Below are positions 42,461 through 58,491 of a DNA stretch of 64,000 bases, piece by piece. A program made the translations under genes and the position numbers. This DNA comes from Octopus vulgaris (taxonomy: Eukaryota), in assembly GCA_951406725.2 (NCBI GenBank), contig OX597827.1:68448001-68512000 (forward strand), in the 5' to 3' direction. Each line of letters begins with the position of its first letter. Position 1 is the first letter of the stretch. The notes under the pieces were generated by a model. The model had not been told where the DNA came from. It searched no databases and saw only the letters and a list, made by a program, of their open reading frames with translations.

Positions 42461-43105
42461 GCAAAAAAATAGATACATAGATAGGCAGGTAATAAAGAAG
42501 ATAAACAAAGACAGGCTGGAGACATCTATCTATGTGGAGTACAAAATAAAAAGTTTATAATGAAGAAAAAAAAATATATATATATATATTGAAAACGATA
42601 TATAATGCCTTATCTCGACCGCTGTTTCAAGAGGCCAAACTTATTCAATTTTTGCTTTCACCCATCCACTCACTCCCTTTCTCTATGTGCCTCTGTGTGT
42701 GTGCGTGTGTGTGTGTGTGGAGACACACACACACACACACACACACAATTTGTGGTGCAGTGAAAGTGTAGACGTGCAAAGCATTCTTTAGATTCTCCTG
42801 ACGAGATTCCTCAATTGAAACACATACATACACATGCACGTTGTAGTGACATATACACAAAATTATGGACTAAAGAGACAAGCACAGACACACCATTAAC
42901 AAGGTGAAAGTATATTCACACATACACGCGCCAATATATATATATGCACACATTAATCCGAAACCACGCCATTTTTTTTTTCAAATTCCTTGAATTATCA
43001 TGGCTCAAACAACCTTGTTGGGGACCAGCATGAAGCCTGTGGTGAAAAAATAAAACATACGTTAATAAATCTCAAAGAAAAACATATGTACAATATATAT
43101 AAACA

Positions 43106-43167
<62 letters not shown>

Positions 43168-43345
43168 TATATACATATATATACATATATACATATACAT
43201 ACATATATATACATATATACATATACATAAATATATATATATACATATATACATATACATACGTATATACATATATACATATACATACATATATACATAT
43301 ATACATATATACATATACATACTTATATATATATATATATATATG

Positions 43346-43514
<169 letters not shown>

Positions 43515-43888
43515 CGTAAAAACATATATACAAACATGGGTTTTTTTGCTGATTTTAATCACTACATATTCAGATTATATATACATAAATATATACATCT
43601 GTACATGTATACAAACACACATGGATAAAAATAGCAGACGTAAGTACACGCTCACACGCATGTACACACGTACATACACGACACACAGACACTGACAATT
43701 ATGTATGTATGTATGTATGAACATACATACAGAACTCATACACCCTCCAAGCCATGATGTAGAATCCTATTCGTAAATATAAGGATACCCTCACATCACG
43801 TTCTGAAGAATGAAGAATAACACCCACGCAGCAGTGTCACCCTTCCATATACCCAGGTACCAAAAATACACCAGCGTAAATATATATT

Positions 43889-43962
<74 letters not shown>

Positions 43963-44319
43963 TGTATGTGTATATGTACATATATATATATATGTGTATG
44001 CATGTATATATATGTACATATATATATGTGTATGCATGTATATATATATATGTGTATGCATGTATATATATGTACATATATATATATATGTATGCATGTA
44101 TATATATATATGTATGCATGTACATATATATATATGTGTATGCATATATATATGTGTATGCATGTGTATACATATATGTATATGTGTATATATATATATA
44201 TATATAGATGTATGTGTGTGCATGTATATATATGTATATGTATATATATGTATGTGTGTATATATATATCTGTCTGTAAAATATATATATATATATAGGT
44301 GTATATATATGTATATATG

Positions 44320-44376
<57 letters not shown>

Positions 44377-44387
44377 ATATATATATG

Positions 44388-44418
<31 letters not shown>

Positions 44419-44845
44419 GTGTGTGTATGTGTGTATGTATGTCTGTATGTATGTATGTATATGTCTATATGTGTATATGTGTATGTGCGTGCGTGTGCAT
44501 GTCATTTGCTATGTTTGTATATGTGTATATTTATATTTACAAACGTCTGTGTGTCTGGATATAATGCAGATAAGACACACACGTAAACAAACACACAATG
44601 TACATACGTATACACACACACACATATGTGTGTATGTGTGTATGTGTTTGCATGTGTATATATACACACAATTTTACAATGTCTGTCTGCGTCATTTAAT
44701 CACTTTCTGTGTCTCTCTGTTTCCCTCTGTCTTTCTTCCTCTCTCTCACCCGTCTCTCTCTCTCTCTCTCTCTCTCAGTCTTTCTTTGTCTTTCTCGCTA
44801 TCTTTCTTTGAATCCCTCCCTCTTTCTCCGACTCTCTATCTCTTT

Positions 44846-44883
<38 letters not shown>

Positions 44884-44954
44884 GACTCTCTTTATTTCTC
44901 ATACCCCTCTGCAAACACACACACACACCATACACACGCGCAGACACACACACA

Positions 44955-44990
<36 letters not shown>

Positions 44991-45012
44991 ACCATACACA
45001 CGCGCAGACACA

Positions 45013-45063
<51 letters not shown>

Positions 45064-45246
45064 CTCTGACACCATGCACACATGACCGCCCAGAGGCTCC
45101 CTCTAGGTGACCGTCAATGCAACGCATAACATGCGTGTTGAGACGGCTTGATACTCATACTCAAAATGGCGTGTTTCATTCTACATATGGCAGTACGTAT
45201 ACATATATATATATACATATATACATGTGCGGATACGATACACTGT

Positions 45247-45284
<38 letters not shown>

Positions 45285-45836
45285 AATCTGGTTTGTGGTT
45301 GAGAACGTTCGGTGTGAGTAAACGAGTGCGGTGGGGTGGCAATCGCCATCAATTCCTCGCCCGAGACTACAGCCACCCGCCATACCACTCTTGTCCGACA
45401 AAAATTGAGCGTTTGAAGAATCCATTTCAGGGGGTTGGGGGAGGGAAACTTGTATATGTGTGTGTACACGGGTGGTTGTGTTGTGTTTGTGTGTGTATGC
45501 GTGTGAGTGCTTTTCTCTGTGAGTACGTCTGTGCGTGTGTCTGTGTGATTAACTGTGCGGTATCTGCAAATGCATGGCTATATGTAAAAACGTGCATATG
45601 TAAGAATGTAAATTACGTATGTATGTATGTATTTATGTATGTATGTATGTGTGTATATGCATAGTATAAGTATATGTGTATATGTATTATAAATACAAAC
45701 ATAAATACAAGCATAAATATATACTGACACACATAATATATACATGTATAAAGATCTATATATAGATACATAAGCACGCGCAACGTACATGCATGCGTAT
45801 ATATATATATATATATATACATATGTGTGTGTGTAT

Positions 45837-45906
<70 letters not shown>

Positions 45907-46149
45907 ATATGTATATATATGGAGATATAGATATATGTGTACATATACATATACGTACATATATATGCGTACGCACACACATATACATATATACACACAT
46001 ACATATATATACACACTCATATACATACCTGTATGTATGAGTGCTCGTGTGTTTCGGGAGCAGAGAAAAGCGATAAATGAAATAAAGTAAATAAGCTTAA
46101 GAAAGCAGAATTCCTCTTCCAGTCCCCTCTCTCAGAGAAAATAATACAG

Positions 46150-46217
<68 letters not shown>

Positions 46218-46895
46218 GCACACACACGCTCCCACATACACGCACACATGCACACACATACACTCACATTCACGCACGCACACATACTCGGACACACGCT
46301 CACACACATACGTACATACGCACCCACATGCACGGACCTACGCTCACACACATACGCACCCACATATACACACATACATGCACACACTCGCACACGCATA
46401 CATACACACGCACTCACATACACGCGCATATACGCACACGCATATATACGCACTCACGCTCATACACACACGTGCAAACGCACACGCACACACACACACA
46501 CACACAAACGCACGCACCCTCATATACGCACATACACGCACACACGCTCACACACACATATACACACACGCGCCCACATACACGCACAAACGCTTACACA
46601 CACATACACGCACGCACACGCTCACGCACACACACGCACGCACGCACCCACACACAAACAAACACACATATACACACATGTATACATACGCATGTAAACA
46701 CACATACTAAAACCACAAGCAATACCTATAGATAAAATACCGTAAAACCAAGATCATTAATAATAATTTTACTAAGTAGTCAGAACGTTAAAAAGCCTTT
46801 TATGCAAATTAGCGTCTATTTCTAATTCAGTACAAGGTGAGGCAATTAGCTGACCCTCATTATAATTATGTATATAATTATAGAATATTTTGTGT

Positions 46896-46934
<39 letters not shown>

Positions 46935-47062
46935 CAGCCGAAATTACTACGATGATCCGGTTCTTGACTGAAGACTGAGGGTTTCGAATGTCCTGTCCGT
47001 GTTTATTGTATCGTCTTCTAAGAGTTATACGTTCTTGTCCATGTTGTATTTTTCTACATACC

Positions 47063-47098
<36 letters not shown>

Positions 47099-47243
47099 TC
47101 AGTAATAATAAAAGGGTGAAATTAATTAATTAGGGATAATTATCAATTACACCAAGTAGATTTCGGTATGTAAAAGCCCCATTCGAGGAAAATTTAAGTA
47201 ATACTAAGTCCATTTTTACTTAGTATATATATATATTACTTAG

Positions 47244-47274
<31 letters not shown>

Positions 47275-47343
47275 CGGTTTGGAGATATATATATATATAT
47301 ATATATATACATATGTAAGCAGGGTCCATTTAAAATGTATGTT

Positions 47344-47387
<44 letters not shown>

Positions 47388-47388
47388 G

Positions 47389-47443
<55 letters not shown>

Positions 47444-47525
47444 GTAAAATACAAATGGGACAAGAACGCAAAACATCCAAACAAACGATACAAAAAACAC
47501 GGACGGGTCATTCAAAGCCTTTAAT

Positions 47526-47595
<70 letters not shown>

Positions 47596-48307
47596 GCATA
47601 GACACATATAAAAATGCATAGACATATATAAAAATGCATATATAGATATACATATATACACATACATATATACATGAAGATATGTGTCTATGCATAGAGA
47701 AACAGAGAGTCTTAAGGAAACAGAGGTAGACAGAAACAGAAAGACTGATATAGTTAAAAAAAAAGACAGACAGACAGACAAGCAGGCAGTCAGACAGACA
47801 AGTAGTGAGACACACGCGTGTGTGTGTGTGTGTGCGTGTGTGTGTGTGTGTGTGTTCGTACGGGTAGAGGTTTACGTTGTTGATGTTGAGTGAGCATTAT
47901 ATGTCAGACAAACCCCGAGGGGTTAGATATGTACAACTGGAACATACATTTTTTAAATGGACCCTGCTTACACACTTTACAGTTTCCGCACATTTTCGTC
48001 TGGCCCCTTCTCACATTTTTCTTTCCCCCCCTTTTTTTTCTTTCTTTTATTTATTTATTCAGTTGATTCAACTCGTTCCTTTCACCTTTTATTTTATTTT
48101 TTTTTCTCCCTAAATATTTGTAATATTTCTTTTGTTTGTTTTGCTTTCTTTTCCCGTTATATTTCGATTCCTTCGTGTCTTCTTTCTTCAAATGTTTTCA
48201 TTCTTTCGTTATGCCTGCCTTACTCTCTCTACTTCTTCCATACTACCTTCCAAACTTGACTCTCCTTCACTTCCTCTCTCTCTCTCTCTCTATCTTTTTC
48301 TCTATTT

Positions 48308-48352
<45 letters not shown>

Positions 48353-48776
48353 CTTCCACCACTACTACAGTCTCCCGAATCAGACACCTCTGCATCCCCC
48401 TTTCCACATCTTCGTTACTAAGAATATAAATAGTTAGGAGCGTAAAAATAGAACAGCCCCACCACACACACACACACGCATACACAAAAATACACATACA
48501 CATACACACACAAACATGCACAGACATACACATATAGATGTATATGCGTTTGTGTGTGTATATTTTAGTACAGATAGATATTATCTACACTAACCCCCTC
48601 CTTACATTCCATAGCATTATGCCCTCAACCCTTATACTCGTCTACACATATCTACACTTGCTATGTAATGTATGTACATGTACATATATATATATGTGTA
48701 TGTATATATATATTTATATATACATACATATACGCACACACAAGCATACTTACATACACATACATATATGTATGTA

Positions 48777-49615
<839 letters not shown>

Positions 49616-49636
49616 CATAAACACACACACACACAC

Positions 49637-49682
<46 letters not shown>

Positions 49683-49702
49683 ATATATATATATATGTAC
49701 AT

Positions 49703-49795
<93 letters not shown>

Positions 49796-50499
49796 ATATA
49801 TATATATACAATTGCATTTGTTTTGGGGATTTGAAAATGCACCTGAATTTGAAAAACGTGTACTTATTCTTAAATAGTTTGATTCACATACATACCAGAC
49901 TAGTTTCAACAATTTTTTTGTTTATCAATGTTACAAATATATATAAAACAAGGGGGTTTCAGCAGAGTTTAATATTACGAAGTAGAAATTGAACAAACAT
50001 GTTTAAATGATCAAATATTCACATAAAATTCAACGAGTTTCACGGGAATATATACGACGGGCTTCTTTCAGTTTTCATCTACCAAATCCACTCATAAGGC
50101 TTTGCTCGGCCCAAGTCTGCAGTAAAAGACACTTGCTCAAGGTGACATGCAGTGGGACTGAACCCGGAGCCATGTGGTTCGTAAGCAAACTACCACACCT
50201 GCGGCTGGAAAGTTTTGCTCATAATGTATATAAAAATCGTAAATACCTGTACAGTTTATTAACAAGGAAACCGGAGAGTGTATTTCGTATTATTTCATAA
50301 TTTTACAATAGTTTTATCGATATTTTATTAGAAGAATATTGCTGTGGTATTGTTATATAATATGTGTAATAATTCATAACATTGTTATCCTTGCACTAAT
50401 GCTGCAAAAATATCGATCTATGAATAAATTTGCTAAATGGGACATTACGCATAAGTCACTCGTAAGGGATTGGTCGGCCCGGGGTGATAGTAGAAAACG

Positions 50500-50722
50500 C
50501 TGGCAGAATTGTTAGCACGCCAGGCGAAATGCTTAGCGGTTTTTCGTCTGCCGCAACGTTCTGAGTTCAAATTCCGCCGAGGTCAACTTTGCCTTTCATC
50601 CTTTCAGGGTCGATAAATTAAGTACCAATTACGGACAGGGGTCGATGTAATCGACTTAATCCCTTTGCCTGTCCTTGTTTGTCCTCTCTATGTTTAGCCC
50701 CTTGTGGGGAAATAAAGAAATA
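50500..50722 (+). mobile_element. SINE family B
   Basis: Matches 33604-33835. Confidence 0.9.
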
Positions 50723-50827
50723 AGAAAACAGTTAAGATAGTTGCCCTGGGTACAGCACAATGGGATAGATACCGAAATCACGTTGTTGAAGAAACGTAAT
50801 TCTTAATTACACAGTCATGCCTGACCC

Positions 50828-50901
<74 letters not shown>

Positions 50902-50928
50902 GATATATATATATATATATATATATAA

Positions 50929-51139
50929 ATTAAAAATGGGGAATGTCGGTTTATGAGATTATCTTAGGTTTCTCGTCCATAAAGTGTTTAGCTTTACGGT
51001 GTATTGTCAGATCTCAAAAACTTGTTGGCCCATGACCTCTTAAAAATATTTGGGGATCTGACGGTATGCCATAAAGCTAAACGCTTTATGGACGGGAAAC
51101 GTAAGGTAATCCCATTACCCGGCCTCCGCCATTTTTAAT
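50929..51139. repeat. Foldback element with a hammerhead-like motif in each arm (50955-51015 minus, 51053-51113 plus)
   Basis: ~88-bp imperfect arms; plus strand GGGAT CTGACGG ..CCATAAAGC TAAAC GCTTTATGG.. GAAA CGTAAGG TA ATCCC. Confidence 0.75.
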
Positions 51140-51228
51140 ACATACTGCTCTACATCTTACAGATCTCAGAGTGTGCTCCTTCTCCGGATTTATGTTTTTA
51201 GCAAAAGATATATATATACATAGAGAGA

Positions 51229-51280
<52 letters not shown>

Positions 51281-51326
51281 TAGACAGAGGCAGAGAGAGA
51301 CAATAGATAGACAGACTGACTGACAT

Positions 51327-51418
<92 letters not shown>

Positions 51419-52056
51419 TCCGTTAAAATATTTTTGTGACATATTTCAACAACTAAAAGGCAAATTCTCTGCAGCTACCGAGGAGAAAAATTCTCTCTTT
51501 TAGCAAAAAAGGTGTAAGAATACTATATCTGTAGTGTCGCCTCTTCTCGGGTTCCCAGAAATCGAGGTTTCTAGTTCTTTAGTCGCTATCACTTGGAACT
51601 ACATAAGAGAGGCAATTCTGGAGAGACTGTATCGAGGCCATGGCTTTAACCAAAATGCAGCCAACGTCATTGACTGGTTTGCGCAGTGAACCTTTGAGCA
51701 GTTGAAATGTCACAAAACTATTTTAACTAAACTGAAGTTCGCTTATGCCAAAACACTTCTTAGAATTGATATTACGGTAATTTCCACGACCTATGCGGCC
51801 TACTGGCGCAAAACAGTCAATATTGGTGACTCTTTTAATTCACTTTTGCCTAAATACTATCTGGTACTGATATCACAATATTATATTTGTGTGTATATAG
51901 ATATACATATAGATACATACATATATATATATATATATATATCACGTGATCACTTAACCGACCAGACCATCAGATGTTGTTACACATCGCTGGTCACAAT
52001 GCGTTCGCATTGTTTTAGCCTTCTAATGACGCCACCCCGCTGGCTAAGCGAGCAGA

Positions 52057-52127
<71 letters not shown>

Positions 52128-52208
52128 ATATATATTAGATAAACTTAGATATGTTTCGACCAAAGATTGGTCCAGGCCATGTCTATATGTATGTATGTAT
52201 ATGTTTGT

Positions 52209-52258
<50 letters not shown>

Positions 52259-52318
52259 ATAAGATCGTTATTTAAATACCGTTCTTATCAGATGGCCAGC
52301 ATGGGAAAAAAACCTTCA

Positions 52319-52704
52319 AAGGTAATATTATTATTAAAATTATAGTTGAGGGTATCTAAGATACCACCATGCTAGAGAGGGCAGCCAAAGGTTGACTCCA
52401 AAACCACATTATGTGAAGAGACAAAGAGACAAATAAAGGAGCAAAATACTGAATAATCTCAGACCCTGGGTTTCTGGCTTTGTATAAATATATACTTTGC
52501 CTCTTCAGTAAGATAAACCATTATAAAGTACTTAAATACAAATACGAATACTGGGATTATCCAGTTTTTTTTTTTGCTAGTTTATTTGTCTATTCATCTT
52601 GCGCTGCATGAATACTTGATGTGGTTTTGGGGACAGGCTTTGACTGCCACCTCTAGCATGGTGGTATCTTAGACACCCTCAATTATAATTTTAGTAATAA
52701 TTAT

Positions 52705-52710
<6 letters not shown>
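52319..52710. repeat. Foldback element in (TA)n, arms 52319-52409 / 52619-52710
   Basis: Imperfect reverse-complement arms read by eye. Confidence 0.85.
52456..52514 (-). ncRNA. Type I hammerhead ribozyme motif with canonical core
   Basis: ATCTTA CTGAAGA GGC AAA GTATA TATT TATAC AAA GCC A GAAA CCCAGGG TC TGAGAT; GUC cleavage triplet, 6-bp helix I. Confidence 0.8.
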
Positions 52711-52758
<48 letters not shown>

Positions 52759-52899
52759 CGGGAAGCTTTATGAAAATAAACAAAAGACGAAGGCAGGTAG
52801 AATACAAACAAACAATTGTATATAGATATAACAATTATATATATATATATAAAAGAAGTCATGATAGAAAAGGCTAAAATAATTTTATAAAGAACATTT

Positions 52900-52936
52900 C
52901 AGTACCGGTTTCAGTCATTTGAGACCTTTTCAACTG
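52900..52936 (-). ncRNA. Minimal hammerhead motif, U3-A8 core variant
   Basis: CAG TTGAAAA GGTC TCAAAT GACT GAAA CCGG TA CTG. Confidence 0.7.
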
Positions 52937-53080
52937 TAACGATTAAATGATTAAATTTAGAAAAATTAAAAGAAAAGTTTTTTTAAAAGAATATTTGTAT
53001 AGTGTACAAATATAAGTGGCATTTTCCTTGTTTCTGCCTTTCTCTGTCTCCCTTGTTTACACTTGTGGGTTCGAGGTCGT

Positions 53081-53158
<78 letters not shown>

Positions 53159-53247
53159 CATATATACATACATACATACATACATGCATACATGCATATA
53201 ATACATACATACATACATACTTACATACATATACGCAAACACATATG

Positions 53248-53287
<40 letters not shown>

Positions 53288-53488
53288 ACTGTGTATTTTG
53301 TTGCGTGTATACGTATATTTGTTTGAATGGAAGAGAGAGAGGGGGTACATGTGTGTGTGCTAGTGTGCGTATGAATGTTTTCATAAATAACTTTGAACGC
53401 AAACTTTCCCAGACATAAACACATCCACCCACGATATCTAGCTTTAATACACAGAGGGACACAAACACACACACACACACACACATGC

Positions 53489-53564
<76 letters not shown>

Positions 53565-53703
53565 AGGAAGAGAGAGAGAGAGAGAGACTCACAAATGCAC
53601 ATTATGAATATAAAATTAGATTATACAGTGTCTAGTGGGAGCAAACGATTGATAAGAACAAGTAACAGGGACAATATGTACATGTATGTGTATACACACA
53701 CAC

Positions 53704-53748
<45 letters not shown>

Positions 53749-53870
53749 CTATACATAAAACTTGATTTAAAAAGTATTTAGATAATCCTATCAGGTGGTG
53801 CTATTAAGTTAGAGATGGCCTGGACCAATCTTTGGTCGAGACATATCTAAGTTTCATCTAAGCTTTATAT

Positions 53871-53926
<56 letters not shown>

Positions 53927-53941
53927 CATACATACATATAC

Positions 53942-53995
<54 letters not shown>

Positions 53996-54023
53996 CCTGA
54001 TAAATTCTTATGAAGATTTTATC

Positions 54024-54074
<51 letters not shown>

Positions 54075-54078
<4 letters not shown>

Positions 54079-54136
54079 CTGATTAGACTTCACAATTCCG
54101 ATGGAGTCTAAACAAGTCGAAAGTTCGAAGTCACTG
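54075..54136 (+). ncRNA. Decayed hammerhead motif
   Basis: CGGT CTGATTA GACTT...AAGTC GAAA GTTCGAAG TC ACTG; G8 and position 15.2 mutated. Confidence 0.5.
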
Positions 54137-54288
54137 CCAGTTCTAATCATGTTAAAGGACAATAAGGCAATAAGAATGTACTCTACAAAAGATGTTGAGT
54201 AATTCTATTTTTCTGTATGTATGTCTATGCATATATGTATGCCTGTTTGCATATATTTATGTTTGTATTTATGTTCATATATATATGC

Positions 54289-54394
<106 letters not shown>

Positions 54395-54634
54395 GTATAT
54401 ACACACACGTACATACGGAGGGATAGATATATAGAAAGTGAGAGAGAAAGAAATAGATTGATATAGATAGATGCATAGAAAGATAGATACAGAGACACAC
54501 AGACAGACAATTACAATTGAGTACAACGTGTACTTTTATTCCTGAATTGTTTAATTCCATATTAAGTATTTCGGTTGACAATTCGGTTTCCAGTTTCTTA
54601 AGAAAGGCCTACATTATTTTTTTGTTACGTTATT

Positions 54635-54688
<54 letters not shown>

Positions 54689-55029
54689 TGTATATGTGTG
54701 TACGTGTATGCTGTGTGTGTGTGTGTGTATGCTCTGTGTGTGTGTGTATGCTGTGTGTGTGTGTATGCTGTGTGTGTGTGTGTATGCTGTGTGTGTGTGT
54801 GTATGCTGTGCGTGTGTGTGTATGCTGTGTGTGTGTGTGTATGCTCTGTGTGTGTGTATGCTCTGTGTGTGTGTGTATGCTCTGTGTGTGTGTGTGTATG
54901 CTGTGTGTGTGTGTGTATGCTGTGTGTGTGTGTGTGTATTGTGTCTGCGTACAGTAACAAACAATTTTATTAAACTTCACTTGAAATCAACATTCCATTT
55001 CGTACATTCTCACAATGTTATCAATGTTT

Positions 55030-55078
55030 ATTATTATTATTATTGTTATTATTATTGTTATTGTTATTATTATTATTA

Positions 55079-55131
<53 letters not shown>

Positions 55132-55165
55132 GTTATTATTATTGTTATTGTTATTATTATTATTA

Positions 55166-55212
<47 letters not shown>

Positions 55213-55246
55213 GTTATTATTATTGTTATTGTTATTATTATTATCA

Positions 55247-55302
<56 letters not shown>

Positions 55303-55336
55303 GTTATTATTATTGTTATTGTTATTATTATTATTA

Positions 55337-55373
<37 letters not shown>

Positions 55374-55390
55374 CATCATCATCATCATCA

Positions 55391-55436
<46 letters not shown>

Positions 55437-55468
55437 TATTATTATTATTATTATCATTATTATTATTA

Positions 55469-55500
<32 letters not shown>

Positions 55501-55674
55501 TTATTATTATTTTATTATTATTATTTATTATTATTATTATTATTACTATTACTATTATTATTATTATCATTATCATCATCATTATTATTATCATTATTAT
55601 TATTATTATTATTATTTATTATTATTATTACTATTATTATTATTATTATCATTATTATTATTATTATTATTATT

Positions 55675-55708
<34 letters not shown>

Positions 55709-55730
55709 TGTTGCTGTTACTATTATTACT
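55030..55730. repeat. Long (ATT)n array with higher-order GTT/ATC pattern
   Basis: The block TGTTATTATTATTGTTATTGTTATT...ATC recurs four times. Confidence 0.95.
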
Positions 55731-55783
55731 GTTGTTTCCACTTCATACTTTTATATTCGAGCCCTTGTACGCACACACACGTC

Positions 55784-55833
<50 letters not shown>

Positions 55834-56367
55834 GGCTCATACTCTCTCACTCCCCAGCAATTTTTTCGGCATTTATTTTTTTTTTATTACTTTCGTGTTA
55901 GTTTTCTGCAGTTGTTTAATTGTGATTCGTGTGAATCGAGCAACACAATTGTTCGCAGAGCTGATAATGATTTCCGTAATATAACCAAAATAGAAAGAGT
56001 GCGCCGGTCGGGACAATTGTGCCAACGCTTATTTCGATTTCAGATTGAACTTCGTTCATTTAAAGCGAATCACCGCGTAACTGTACTGTATTTCACTTCA
56101 CTTGAATCGGAGTGCTATTCCCTTGGGCGCCCCCGTAATGCCTTTTACAGTCGACACATTTATGCCTTATAATAATGTACGTTTGCTTACCGTTAGGACT
56201 TTTGCACTTGTGAATTTGTGTCCGCAATGGGAAGGCCATCTTATGTATGCCAACAATGAACAGAAACTACAAGTGCACGCATACACACAAACACACACAC
56301 ACACACACACATACACACGCTCACACACTCGCACATGTAAGAACACATACACACACAAATATATATA

Positions 56368-56720
56368 CCAACCACATGGTTGCGGGTTCAGTCCCACTGC
56401 GTGGCACCTTGGGCAAGTGTCTTCTACTATAGCCTCGGGCCGACCAAATCCTTGTGAGTAGATTTGGTAGACGGAAACTGAAAGAAGCCCGTCGTATGTA
56501 TATATATATATATATATGTATCCATTTGTGTGTGTCTGTGTTTGCCCAGAATGTTGGTGTGTTTACGTCCCCGTAATTTAGCCGTTCGGCAAAAGTGACC
56601 GATAGAATAAGTACTAAGCTTACAAAAAATAAGTCCTAGAAGTCGATTTGTTCGACTGAAGGCGCTGCTACAGCATGGCCGCAATCAAAATGACTGAAAC
56701 AAATAAAAGAATAAAAGAAT
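56368..56720 (+). mobile_element. SINE family A
   Basis: Matches other copies. Confidence 0.9.
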
Positions 56721-56790
56721 GTGTATGTGTGTATTATGTATGTGTATATATATGTGTGTGTGTATTTGTGTGTGTCTGTGTGTGTGTGTA

Positions 56791-56838
<48 letters not shown>

Positions 56839-56843
56839 CATAC

Positions 56844-58491
56844 ATTGTCCAAGACCTCATCTCGTCCTCCCGTCTCCCCCGCACCGCATCCAACCTAATT
56901 GTGCGAACCCCACGTACCCCCACCATTTACTTCCTCCCCAAAATCCACAAACCCAACAACCCTGGCCGCCCCATCGTCTCCGCCTGTAACTGCCCCACGG
57001 AGCTCATCTCTAAATACCTCGACCGTGTCCTTGCCCCCCTAGTGGCATCTCTTCCCTCCCACATCCACGATACCAACCATGCTCTCCGGCTTTTCAACTC
57101 TTTCTCCTTTCCTCCCGGCTCCTCCAAAATCCTTTTTACTATGGACATCCAAAGCCTCTATACTGTTATCCCTCACCACGAAGGACTGCAGGCCCTTCGA
57201 CACTTTCTTGACCTCCGCTCTAACCCTGTACCTGACACCTCCACACTCATTCGTCTGGCCGAACTTGTCCTTACTCTGAACTGCTTCTCGTTCGCGGGCG
57301 AGTTCTACCATCAGGTCTCGGGAGTGGCCATGGGAACGCGAATGGGCCCCAACTATGCGAACCTGTTCGTTGGCTATGTTGAGGCCCAAATATTCTCTAA
57401 TTTCACTGGTCCCACTCCTGAACTATATGGTCGTTATATTGACGACATTATCGGTGCCACCTCACTCTCCCGCGAACATCTAGATTCCTTCCTCTCTTTC
57501 GTCCAATCTTTCCATCCAGCCCTCCACTTCACTTCCACTATCTCCAACACCTCTGTCTCCTTCCTCGACATTTCGGTTAGCATTCTTCACTCCACTCTTA
57601 CCACCTCCATTCACTACAAACACACAGACTCACACTCATACCTCAACTTCTCTTCCTCCCACCCAGAACACACCAAGCTTTCCATCCCCTATTCCCAATT
57701 CCTCCGTCTACGTAGGCTCTGTAGTGACGACCATGACTTTGAGACTCAGTCTCAACGTATGGCTCACCACTTCACCCTACGTGGATACCCCCTCACCACT
57801 ATCCACACCGCCCTTGCCAGAGCACGGTCCGTGGACCGTGTATCTGCTCTCTCTCCCCGAACCCGCCCTGTAGTCTCCCGCCTCCCTTTCCCCTCACTTA
57901 CCACCCCACGACCCTACGTCTCCAACGCACCATTCTTCGAGCTTTCCGTCATCTCCAGTCCGACCCGTCCACTTCACACCTCTTCCCTAACCGACCCCCT
58001 CCCCTCTTCAAACGAGCCCACAACCTTCGAGACCTTTTGGTCCATAGCTCCTTCCCTGACCCTACCTCCCAACCCGGCTCGTTCCCCTGCTCCCGCCCAC
58101 GTTGCCGCACTTGCCCTTACCTCTCCAACACCACCCGCCTCACTAGCACCCACCATCGACCCTATCCCATCATCCACTCCTTCACCTGCACCTCCAGCAA
58201 TATTATCTATTGCATCTCTTGCTCTCTCTGCAATTCCTTGTATATCGGACAAACGGGACGCCGCTTGGCTGACCGGTTCGCGGAACACCTTCGTGACATC
58301 CACCTTGCGAACGACACACCGGTCTCACGCCATTTCCGCTCCACCGGTCACTCCTTGCAACACCTATCTGTGTTCGGTTTGTCCTTACACAGAGGCCATC
58401 CGGATTCCCGTTTGCGCCGTGAACAGGAATTAATCTTCTCTCTTCGCTCTTATACGCCATTTGGTCTCAACTCTCCCCCCTCCTCATCTAA
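56844..58491 (+). pseudogene. PLE polyprotein: reverse transcriptase, Cys linker and GIY-YIG endonuclease; -1 frameshift near 57890
   Basis: YFLPKIHK, GRPIVS, DIQSLYT, GVAMGT, GRYIDD, FLDI; next frame from 57893 LTYHP...CSRPRCRTC...NIIYCISC..LYIGQT..RFAEH..PFGLN. Confidence 0.92.

Noticed and set aside
54642-56172. Long ORFs of 300-400 aa, and the many YI/CV/HT ORFs elsewhere
   Set aside because: Translations of stop-free microsatellites
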